DNA from: a virus
Lineage: Duplodnaviria > Caudoviricetes
Length of the DNA: 30,976 bases
IMG/VR virus record: IMGVR_UViG_3300025018_000406
Span: 1 to 30,976 of that record
Reading direction: 5' to 3' (one strand)
Position 1 is the first letter of the stretch. Every line of letters starts with the position of its first letter. The notes beneath the pieces are model-generated. The model did no database searches. It saw only the letters and a program-made list of their open reading frames with translations, and was not told the origin of the DNA. Position numbers and translations under genes: made by a program. Positions 7,081 to 14,646 of the stretch are shown here, one piece after another.

Positions 7081-7704
7081 ATGAGAAAAAAGAAGCAGAA
7101 CCCATTTATACTTGACGAGATAATGCAACTTTCCAGAGAGAAGCAACTACAGATAGCTGCAGAACTGATTATTGAGGCGTCTGGTTACTCATTGAAAGAT
7201 CCTAATTTTGCAGGAACACCGGATCGTTTTGCCCGATCAATGTCTGAGTTTTTATGGACTAAAAAAAGGATCAAGAAAGAACTGGAAAAAGTTATTGCTG
7301 TGGAGTTCCCTACTAAATATCAGGGAATGATTTTTTCTAAAAATATTCGGGTATATTCTTGGTGCCCACATCATATACTGCCAATACAATACAATGTGCA
7401 TATCGGATACATTCCTGCGAAGAAAAAGGCAGTGGTTATTGGGGCCTCTAAATTAGCACGGGTGGCTGATATTCTCAGCAGGAGAATGGTTTTGCAGGAA
7501 GATTACATAATGGACATTGCTGATGTGTTAGAAAAGAAAATAAACCCAATAGGGATAGCAGTTGTCCTGGAGGGCATCCACGATTGTATGAAGATACGGG
7601 GCATAAAACAACAGTCAGCTACCTTTGATATGTCGGAAATGCGTGGGGCATTTGCTGATAACGAAAAAACCAGAAATGAATTCTTCCATCTTATGGCAAA
7701 GTAA
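7081..7704 (+). CDS. folE: GTP cyclohydrolase I
   Basis: TPDRFAR, SWCPHHILP, IGASKLAR, LQED and HDCMKIRG motifs. Confidence 0.95.
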   Translation: MRKKKQNPFILDEIMQLSREKQLQIAAELIIEASGYSLKDPNFAGTPDRFARSMSEFLWTKKRIKKELEKVIAVEFPTKYQGMIFSKNIRVYSWCPHHILPIQYNVHIGYIPAKKKAVVIGASKLARVADILSRRMVLQEDYIMDIADVLEKKINPIGIAVVLEGIHDCMKIRGIKQQSATFDMSEMRGAFADNEKTRNEFFHLMAK

Positions 7705-7725
7705 TTCCCTTTACCTAGGAGTATC

Positions 7726-7905
7726 ATGAAAATCAACACAATAGAACGGTTTAATCCATTAGTGATAACTATCGAGAACGAGGATGAGCTACGTGGTTTG
7801 TTCACTCTCATTGGAAAATTAGAAAGTGCAGGTTTTTTCTTGACTGAATTAGAAAGCATGATTCTGGAGGCGCTTTCTGACTACTGTAAGGAATCTATAA
7901 CATGA
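7726..7905 (+). CDS. Hypothetical protein (59 aa, MKINTIERFNPLVITIENEDELRGL...)
   Basis: AGGAG RBS. Fills the folE-thyX gap and its stop overlaps the thyX ATG. Not in the ORF track. Confidence 0.7.
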   Translation: MKINTIERFNPLVITIENEDELRGLFTLIGKLESAGFFLTELESMILEALSDYCKESIT

Positions 7906-8522
7906 AAATAATTAAACCTTCAGTGGAATTACTCTGGATTACACCTGAACCAGAAAAGCAAATCGAACTAGCCGGACGTACCTGTTACAAGTCGGAAGAT
8001 AAAATTACTCCTGAGTCATCTGCTGAGTTCTGCAAGCGGATGGTTAAATCAGGGCATCATGCCATGATTGAACATGCCTGTGCATCGTTTAAGATCATTA
8101 CAGATAGAGGTATAAGTCATGAGATCGTGAGACATCGTTTAGCCAGCTATGCTCAGGAGAGTACTAGATACTGCAATTATGGTGGGGAAAAGTTTGGTAA
8201 TGAGTGCTCATTTATTCTACCTCCTGGTATGACTAAAAAACAGTATAAACTGTGGTGTGGCGCGTGTGGTTATGCTGAAGCAGCATATATGGACGCACTT
8301 GATACAGGATGTCCTCCTCAGATTGCTCGATCAGTATTACCAAACTGTCTGAAGACTGAACTTGTTATGACCTGTAATTTTCGTGAATGGCGGCACTTCA
8401 TTGCCCTGCGGGCAAGTAAAGCAGCTCATCCGCAAATCAGGCCGTTAGCAATTAGTATTCACAGTATATTGAATGACATTGCACCAAATATATTTGGTGA
8501 TTTATTACCAGAGTGGAACTGA
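7902..8522 (+). CDS. thyX: Flavin-dependent thymidylate synthase
   Basis: GHHAMIEH, RGISHEIVRHRLASYAQESTRY (ThyX motif), ARSVLP and NFREWRHF. Confidence 0.96.
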   Translation: MKIIKPSVELLWITPEPEKQIELAGRTCYKSEDKITPESSAEFCKRMVKSGHHAMIEHACASFKIITDRGISHEIVRHRLASYAQESTRYCNYGGEKFGNECSFILPPGMTKKQYKLWCGACGYAEAAYMDALDTGCPPQIARSVLPNCLKTELVMTCNFREWRHFIALRASKAAHPQIRPLAISIHSILNDIAPNIFGDLLPEWN

Positions 8523-8523
8523 T

Positions 8524-8655
8524 ATGATAAGAGTGGCGGAATTGGAAGACGCTAAGATCCTCGTAAGTGAGCTGAAAGCGAGGTTGCCTGAAATAATGGC
8601 AGAACATACAATCGAGCAATCATGCTGGTTCGAATCCAGCCTCTTATCATTTTAA
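8524..8655 (+). CDS. Hypothetical protein (43 aa)
   Basis: ATG directly after the thyX stop; fills the gap to the next gene. Confidence 0.4.
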   Translation: MIRVAELEDAKILVSELKARLPEIMAEHTIEQSCWFESSLLSF

Positions 8656-8674
8656 ATTTAACTGGGGATTCAAC

Positions 8675-9034
8675 GTGAAAAAGATCATCTTCACTTTATT
8701 GGTTTTGTCGCTTGCAGCAATAGTTCAAGCAAAACCAGCAACTATTCAAGTAGAGTTTGAGTACAACACACCAGCTCAGGCTTTCAATCTGTATATGGAT
8801 GGTAAGAAGGTCTGCAATACCAATGAACCGAACGTCATGAACTGTACCAATATTGAGATACCTTTCGGTGTGCATATGTTTACCATGACTGCAGTTGTTG
8901 ATAATGTAGAAACCCAACACAGTCCTGCTTATGTATGGACTTATGCACCGGAACCTATTGGGCCTCCGGTATTTATTAATTTCAGTATTTCTGTTGACGG
9001 TAAAGATGTACAGGTGGTACCAGCGAATCAATAA
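8675..9034 (+). CDS. Exported beta-rich protein with signal peptide
   Basis: MKKIIFTLLVLSLAAIVQA signal peptide. Fn3/Ig-like pattern (FNLYMDG...FTMTAV...ETQHS) with a Cys pair. Confidence 0.7.
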   Translation: MKKIIFTLLVLSLAAIVQAKPATIQVEFEYNTPAQAFNLYMDGKKVCNTNEPNVMNCTNIEIPFGVHMFTMTAVVDNVETQHSPAYVWTYAPEPIGPPVFINFSISVDGKDVQVVPANQ

Positions 9035-9060
9035 TCATAAACAAAAAAGGAGATGTACGT

Positions 9061-9228
9061 ATGGAAGAGACATTGCAGAAGATCAAGGACACATATCGGG
9101 AATTTCTTGTAGATGCCCAACTGTGCATAGAGAAAGGCAACAAGACTGCTGGTAAGCGGTCAAGGAAGTACAGCACAGAGGTAGCAAAACTGATGAAGGA
9201 TTGGCGGAAAGCCACACTAGAAGTATAA
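9061..9228 (+). CDS. Histone H1-like nucleoid protein (Hc1 family, short form)
   Basis: MEETLQKIKDTYREFLVDAQLCIEKGNKTAGKRSRKYSTEVAKLMKDWRKATLEV contains the family signature EKGNK.AG.R.RK.S.E..K..K..RK. AGGAG RBS. Not in the ORF track. Confidence 0.85.
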   Translation: MEETLQKIKDTYREFLVDAQLCIEKGNKTAGKRSRKYSTEVAKLMKDWRKATLEV

Positions 9229-9233
9229 TAACT

Positions 9234-9320
9234 GAGCCAGCCAGAGAATCGTATCCATATTTTAAATACTCGCCGGGAGTCTCTAAAATGTTGAAGCATT
9301 TCTGGCTGGCTCTTTTTATT
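9234..9320 (+). terminator. Long stem-loop with terminal U tract
   Basis: GAGCCAGCCAGA (9234-9245) pairs perfectly with TCTGGCTGGCTC (9301-9312), followed by TTTTTATT. Inner hairpin ACTC-GCCGG-GAGT. Confidence 0.55.
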
Positions 9321-9330
9321 AAAGGACAAC

Positions 9331-10329
9331 ATGATGGATAAAAAGATTGTTAAGGCCGAAATACTGTTCAGTCGCCAATGCCCATTACATTGCTCCTACT
9401 GTGCAATGAAGAACAGCAAACAGAATACTCGTTCTATTGATCAATGGAAACGTGGTATGGTAGAATTGAAAAGACTTGGGTGTAAACTGGTGGCATTCTA
9501 CGGGGCAGAACCGTTGATGGAGTTCGACAAGCTGAAGCATGTAGTTGGGTATTGTGAAGACGATATTGGTATGGATACAACAATTATTACTTCTGGTGCT
9601 GTACCTGACTTTGAACATAAGTTACTGGAGCTTTATGAATACGGGGCTAAAAGTTTATCGATGTCCTTTGATCCGTCACCATCAGATATATCAACAAAGA
9701 ACAAATCTGATAATGCACTTGAATCTCTTATACGGTTCAGGGAATTGAAAGGTATACGAGATGTGGCAGCTATCGCCACACTAAATGCCCACAACTTCAT
9801 GGAGTTCCCTAATATGGTACGTAGAATGACCAGACGTGGCATATGGTCATTCTTTGATTTCATTCATACAGATCGTGGGCAGGTTGGTACGAAATGTTCC
9901 AATGTACCACAAGAAATGATGCTGACAAAAGAGCACTATCCAGCCATAAAGGATATGCTGAGAGAAGTTTTGTTTCTTAAAGGACGTGGATTTCTTTGTC
10001 ATACCTCACAATACTTTGTTGATGTTATGAATGAACGTATGGATACCGGTAATCTATATAGTTGGACATGTGCTAATCAAGAACCCTCATGGGTGACTAT
10101 TGATTGCGATGGTATGGTTTACCCTTGTGATGACTTTACTGGTACACATACACCTACAGATATGTTGGATATTTATAACAAATGGGATGTGTTTTCCTCT
10201 GCCTGTACGTTAGCTGTGCAGCAGGCTGATTGTCGGTGTGCTTGGAACACACACATTGACGCACATGGCATAATGAACGAAACAGTGCAGCTCAGTGATT
10301 ATGTACATGGTAAATACGTTGTTTCATAA
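9331..10329 (+). CDS. Radical SAM protein with SPASM/twitch-like C-terminal domain
   Basis: CPLHCSYC (CxxxCxxC), YGAEPL, and C-terminal WTCA...WVTIDCDGMVYPCDD...C...CRC. Confidence 0.9.
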   Translation: MMDKKIVKAEILFSRQCPLHCSYCAMKNSKQNTRSIDQWKRGMVELKRLGCKLVAFYGAEPLMEFDKLKHVVGYCEDDIGMDTTIITSGAVPDFEHKLLELYEYGAKSLSMSFDPSPSDISTKNKSDNALESLIRFRELKGIRDVAAIATLNAHNFMEFPNMVRRMTRRGIWSFFDFIHTDRGQVGTKCSNVPQEMMLTKEHYPAIKDMLREVLFLKGRGFLCHTSQYFVDVMNERMDTGNLYSWTCANQEPSWVTIDCDGMVYPCDDFTGTHTPTDMLDIYNKWDVFSSACTLAVQQADCRCAWNTHIDAHGIMNETVQLSDYVHGKYVVS

Positions 10330-10474
10330 TTCAGCAACTGTGTAGTCCTGCTGTTGCTGAAAATGAGCGGAGATGCTTACGGACGATAAAATAATCAGAT
10401 ATGCATAGAATAGGATGTGTTGCCTTAAAATTACTGTGACGCACAATTTAAGCGGTTTTATATATGAGGAGAAA

Positions 10475-11152
10475 ATGAGCAGACAGAAGGAAATACTTTG
10501 CTTGTCTGGTGGTCTTGATTCAGTTATCGCCTGGTACTATTTAGGCAAGCCACCGACAGTTTACTTTCATACCAATCTACCACACTGTGACAAGGAATTG
10601 CATTGTGTGCAGAGATTGACTGGTATGGATACGATTATCGATAAATCTCTGGACTTCTCTTCTGAGAAGGAGATCTACATACCACATAGAAACTTACTCT
10701 TTGCTTCACGGGCAAGTGTCTATGCAAAGAAAGTATGGATTGCTGGTTTGAAAGATGATATGGTAGAAGACAAGAATGAGGATGCCTTTTCTATGATGTC
10801 TCTCTGTTTGTCTACTGTTGGTAAGGAGACTGTCTTTGTTGAATCCCCTTTCTGGCAGAAGACAAAGACAGATATTGTAATGTGGTTTAAACATAAATAC
10901 AGTGATTCTATGGATGTAGACAGGCTGCTGAACGAGATGTCAATTTCCTGTTATGGTGGTGGTGATAAACCATGCTATCAGTGTGAATCATGTTTTCGCA
11001 AGGCATGTGCCATGTTCAACGCTGGTCTGTCGTATAAGTTTGATAATTTTGCCATGATAAAAGAGTACCGAGTAAAGGCACTGCAGAATAAATACGTAAT
11101 GTCACGTAATTTGGATATAATTAAGTTTACCAATATGTACATACCATCTTAA
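10475..11152 (+). CDS. queC: QueC-like 7-cyano-7-deazaguanine synthase (PP-loop ATPase)
   Basis: LSGGLDS, YIPHRNLL, SPF...TKTDIV and zinc site SCY...PCYQCESCFRK. GAGGAG RBS supports the start at 10475. Confidence 0.85.
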   Translation: MSRQKEILCLSGGLDSVIAWYYLGKPPTVYFHTNLPHCDKELHCVQRLTGMDTIIDKSLDFSSEKEIYIPHRNLLFASRASVYAKKVWIAGLKDDMVEDKNEDAFSMMSLCLSTVGKETVFVESPFWQKTKTDIVMWFKHKYSDSMDVDRLLNEMSISCYGGGDKPCYQCESCFRKACAMFNAGLSYKFDNFAMIKEYRVKALQNKYVMSRNLDIIKFTNMYIPS

Positions 11153-11157
11153 AGTTT

Positions 11158-11234
11158 ATCCCCTGCAGGGCCACCTATGACCGTAAGGAGTAGGGACGGG
11201 TTGGTCCCCGTTGGTAATGCCTACTGCAGGGGAT
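11158..11234. other. GC-rich intergenic multi-stem structure
   Basis: ATCCCCTGCAG (11158-11168) and CTGCAGGGGAT (11224-11234) form a perfect 11-bp closing stem around inner hairpins. Confidence 0.55.
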
Positions 11235-11261
11235 GATTAAATTTCACTTTTTGGAGACAAT

Positions 11262-11477
11262 ATGCTGCGTGAAGTAGAAGTTGGGACAATGAGAAGGGCA
11301 ACTATGAGTGTACAGTGTAAGAATGGTGAAGAGTTCATTAAGAGGGACTTTCCTGGTGACCTACTCTCGCATAACACAAATACTGTATGTTTCTGGGATG
11401 GTAGTGACCTGCTGATTATCCCTATTGATCAGACTATTTGGGTTAAAATTCATTTTGAGGATAGTACGGATGAATAA
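11262..11477 (+). CDS. Hypothetical protein
   Basis: GGAG RBS; overlaps the next gene. Confidence 0.6.
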   Translation: MLREVEVGTMRRATMSVQCKNGEEFIKRDFPGDLLSHNTNTVCFWDGSDLLIIPIDQTIWVKIHFEDSTDE

Positions 11478-11778
11478 ACCTGTCTACTTTTTTGATATTG
11501 ATGGTACGATTACCCATGAGACTGCTGGTTGGGACTATGCAAACCGTACACCAAGAATAGATGTCATCGACAAGATGTACCAGATTGCAGTAACTGGAAC
11601 TATTGTTCTATGGACGGCACGATTAGATTGTGATCGTGAAGTTACTGTCCAATGGTTGAAGAAGCATAATGTACCATATGCCTATATTATCATGGGAAAA
11701 CCGTTCTGGGATGTCTATATCTGCGATAAATCCTTCAATGTTGAGGAGTGGTTGGCTAATGGGCAGAACACCAAATAG
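11470..11778 (+). CDS. Minimal HAD-superfamily phosphatase
   Basis: FFDIDGTI (motif I), LWTAR (motif II), GKP and YICDK (motifs III/IV). GAGG RBS. Confidence 0.85.
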   Translation: MNKPVYFFDIDGTITHETAGWDYANRTPRIDVIDKMYQIAVTGTIVLWTARLDCDREVTVQWLKKHNVPYAYIIMGKPFWDVYICDKSFNVEEWLANGQNTK

Positions 11779-11947
11779 ACCTATGTGTGCATGGTGCAAA
11801 AAGAAAACAGATAATTTCATTTATGTACACAAAATGGTACAATGTTTTGAATGTGCACAGCAGGAGGTATCGGCTTTGGTGAGGAAACGCAAGGAACAGA
11901 ACGCCGAATACATGCAACAATTACGCAAGTCAAAAGGGTTATTATAA
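11759..11947 (+). CDS. Small zinc-finger hypothetical protein
   Basis: GAGGAG RBS; CAWC...CFEC. Confidence 0.6.
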   Translation: MGRTPNRPMCAWCKKKTDNFIYVHKMVQCFECAQQEVSALVRKRKEQNAEYMQQLRKSKGLL

Positions 11948-11955
11948 GGAAGACA

Positions 11956-12156
11956 ATGGCTAAGAAAAGACTGAAACAGATTTATGTACTCTCGTTTACC
12001 AATAAAGAAAACCAGATAACGAATGAGGGCTTTATAAGCCAATATGCTGCAAAGAATAGGAAGTATGCACTAGAAGTAACTGGTAAATATAACCAGTTGA
12101 GCCTAACCAATGTACCAATAGTAGATAACAATGTTGAGGTAGACCATGTATCTTAA
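11956..12156 (+). CDS. Hypothetical protein (66 aa)
   Basis: AAGGA RBS before ATG 11956. Confidence 0.6.
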   Translation: MAKKRLKQIYVLSFTNKENQITNEGFISQYAAKNRKYALEVTGKYNQLSLTNVPIVDNNVEVDHVS

Positions 12157-12305
12157 CGTTTAATAATGTAATGGAATAACTCTTTACAATTGCAATACGG
12201 GAAGAATATAACCAAACAAAAAATATATTACCAATATGTATAAAGTACAATAGGCACGTATCTACCATAGAGAGAATAATATATGGTATAACTCACAAAA
12301 TATAG
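12138..12305 (+). pseudogene. Possible remnant of an HTH domain
   Basis: The frame reads GRPCILTFNNVME*LFTIAIREEYNQTKNILPICIKYNRHVSTIERIIYGITHKI*, resembling C-terminal HTHs of HNH homing endonucleases. It has an internal stop at 12177 and no start codon. Confidence 0.35.
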
Positions 12306-13202
12306 GTGGTCCAATTGAACACAAGAGATAACCTATTGAAATTAAACGTTTTGCTCGATTCCGGTGCTTACTCAGCTGATCAACAAAACACCGTAATAGA
12401 TGTACATCAGTACATAGCATACATAAAAGAGCATAAACCAGATATTTATTTCAATCTTGATGTTATAGGTGATGATGTTGGTTCATGGAAGAATCAGGCT
12501 GTAATGGAAGATGCAGGATTGAATCCGTTGCCAGTATTCCATATAGAGGATGATATAAAATATCTGTATCGCTGTATTGACAACTATGAATACTTTGCAT
12601 TAGGTGGGTTGGCTGGTGGAGCATCTGAGCAGACACGACAAAGATTTCTTGATGTTTGTTGGGATATTATCTGTGATACTCCTGACCGTCTTCCCAAATG
12701 CAAAGTACATGGGCTTGGTCTGGCTTCTCCTCTGCTTGTCGCCAGGTATCCATTCTATTCCATTGACACTGCTAGCGGTATTCATTACGGTCGTTATGGT
12801 ATCATTATTATTCCTCGTATGTGTAGACGGGGTAATCCTAATTATACGGAACCTCCATACACGATATATGTTACAGAGAGATCGACGGCACAGAAAATAG
12901 AGGGGAAACATATCAAGTCTGTTTCCCCTGATTTACGTGGGTGGATATACAGATACATTGCAAGTCGTGGGTTCGAGGTGGGTGAGACAGTTGTGGAGAC
13001 AGTTGGGCCTGACTATGTACTGCAGGAGAATGAAAAGTTTACCGACAAGTCACATACAGCTATTGAACGGTTAATCAGTGTTGGTGTATTCAGTGATGGT
13101 ACTATACGGGATTACTTTAACATCGACTTTTTTATGCAGATGGAAAAAGTAATACCTGCATGGCCATGGCCATATCGACCATCTGTACGCCCACTATTTT
13201 AA
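12306..13202 (+). CDS. dpdA: TGT-fold (queuine tRNA-ribosyltransferase-like) protein; probable DpdA-type DNA 7-deazaguanine transglycosylase
   Basis: LLDSGAYSA, NLDVIGD, PVFH, ALGGL, KVHGLG and YPFYSIDTAS motifs, clustered with folE/queD/queE/queC. Exact start uncertain. Confidence 0.8.
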   Translation: MVQLNTRDNLLKLNVLLDSGAYSADQQNTVIDVHQYIAYIKEHKPDIYFNLDVIGDDVGSWKNQAVMEDAGLNPLPVFHIEDDIKYLYRCIDNYEYFALGGLAGGASEQTRQRFLDVCWDIICDTPDRLPKCKVHGLGLASPLLVARYPFYSIDTASGIHYGRYGIIIIPRMCRRGNPNYTEPPYTIYVTERSTAQKIEGKHIKSVSPDLRGWIYRYIASRGFEVGETVVETVGPDYVLQENEKFTDKSHTAIERLISVGVFSDGTIRDYFNIDFFMQMEKVIPAWPWPYRPSVRPLF

Positions 13203-13210
13203 GGAGCAGT

Positions 13211-13432
13211 ATGTTAATTTATTTAGCTGGTGGATTCCACTTCAGCAACAAGGTGGAATCTGAGATGAAGTTGGCTGAGCATTTACTTGAAAGATATGGC
13301 AGGTACAATCGGTTGTGCACCTTTTATTACCGTAAGGATGCAGGTAATATACTCACTGTGAAAAGACAATTAGATGAAAAGGAGAAAGATGAATACAAAG
13401 ATGAATACAAAGAAATTGCTACATGCCCTTAA
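13211..13432 (+). CDS. Small protein resembling the N-terminal segment of phage TGT/DpdA-like proteins
   Basis: AAGGAG RBS; MLIYLAGG...YNRLCTFYY. Confidence 0.6.
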   Translation: MLIYLAGGFHFSNKVESEMKLAEHLLERYGRYNRLCTFYYRKDAGNILTVKRQLDEKEKDEYKDEYKEIATCP

Positions 13433-14432
13433 CATGGTATTACCAGCAGTAGAGAGAAAAACAGTCATATCCCAGTACGATCATTTTGTCTTTAATAAAG
13501 GCAATGTCAGTACATATAATGGTAAATTGTTTTTCTCCCATCCAGTAGAAACAGATATCGAATGTTCTGTTGTTGCATCGGATATGCTGGAGGTGTTGAA
13601 AACTATCGACAGTCCTGATATGGAGATGGTCTTAACTGGTAAGACATTGAATGTCCTATCAGCAGATGTGGAGGCAAATTTATCTACCGAGGTACATGAG
13701 GATTCAGTAGTACAGGCGATCACTTCAATGAACCTTGACTCGGTTGATTGGGATACGGCACAGGCTGTTCCAGCGGACTTCATAACTGGAATAGAATATT
13801 GCCAGTTTAGTGTATCAAAGGATGCCAGCAACGTACAGAACCTGTTCAATATCCATGTGTTTGAGAATGTTATTGAATCTGGTGATGGTTTTCGCTGTTC
13901 TGAATACATTATGGATGGTAAAATGGATGAGGTACTTATTCCATCATCATCATCAATTGTTCTGGCTAAACAGAAACCACAACGTTATGTACTTACTGGT
14001 GGATGGATTCACTTTATTGATGCAGACGAAGTTATTTTCTCTGTACGGGTTGGTGAAGGCGATTTTCCGGATATAGGCAGAGTGATTGAGGTAGCTATGG
14101 TTGGTACAGAGAAAGTACAGTTGCCACTATCTCTACGTAATATTCTTGGTAAGTTTACGAATATTTCTGATGGTACATTGGATGTGTACAAGTTTGTGCA
14201 GATCAATATCAAAGATGGTAAGCTACTGTGCAGCACCAAGAAAGAAACCTGCAATATCAAGAAGACCATTGATTTTCCTGCTAATGATGTGGAGGTGGAG
14301 TTCTTTATCTCGCCAGTATTCCTCTCATCGATAATGGAGAAGACGGATACGATTAGTATCAATAGGGAGAATCATATGGCATTGTTTTCTGTCTCTAACT
14401 TTACCCATGTAGTAACACTACCAGAGGACTGA
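13389..14432 (+). CDS. dnaN: DNA polymerase III beta sliding clamp-like protein
   Basis: About 345 aa with a clamp-like pattern (KKLLHALNMVLPAV, STYNG, SGDGFR, EGDFPD, FFISPVFL), next to pol and dnaX. Alternative start at 13401. Confidence 0.82.
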   Translation: MNTKMNTKKLLHALNMVLPAVERKTVISQYDHFVFNKGNVSTYNGKLFFSHPVETDIECSVVASDMLEVLKTIDSPDMEMVLTGKTLNVLSADVEANLSTEVHEDSVVQAITSMNLDSVDWDTAQAVPADFITGIEYCQFSVSKDASNVQNLFNIHVFENVIESGDGFRCSEYIMDGKMDEVLIPSSSSIVLAKQKPQRYVLTGGWIHFIDADEVIFSVRVGEGDFPDIGRVIEVAMVGTEKVQLPLSLRNILGKFTNISDGTLDVYKFVQINIKDGKLLCSTKKETCNIKKTIDFPANDVEVEFFISPVFLSSIMEKTDTISINRENHMALFSVSNFTHVVTLPED

Positions 14433-14433
14433 T

Positions 14434-14646
14434 ATGGCACCAAATAAATATGTGCAATTTCTCAATACACATCGGATTGAGGACGGGTTGTTGCGGGAGT
14501 TTCTGCATAAGGAGAAGTTTATTGCAGCACAACAGCAAATACAGGCAACAATGGTGGCATACCAGAACAAAATAAATATGCTGAATAAATTGTCTATTGC
14601 AATTACTGAAGATGCAATAGCAGAAATGTTACAGGAGGAGGAATGA
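14434..14646 (+). CDS. Hypothetical protein
   Basis: Fills the dnaN-pol gap; ATGA overlap with pol. Confidence 0.65.
   Translation: MAPNKYVQFLNTHRIEDGLLREFLHKEKFIAAQQQIQATMVAYQNKINMLNKLSIAITEDAIAEMLQEEE

Noticed and set aside
10330-10474. Known preQ1 riboswitch or hammerhead ribozyme upstream of queC
   Set aside because: Lacks the preQ1 class consensus sequences I recognise and the hammerhead CTGANGA/GAAA core; kept only as an unclassified structure.
11158-11234. tRNA-sized stem-closed element as a tRNA
   Set aside because: No T-loop (TTCRA), D-arm or anticodon arm on either strand.
13385-13413. 12-bp tandem duplication AAAGATGAATAC at the dnaN start
   Set aside because: Real but in frame for both overlapping genes; it only gives two alternative start codons.
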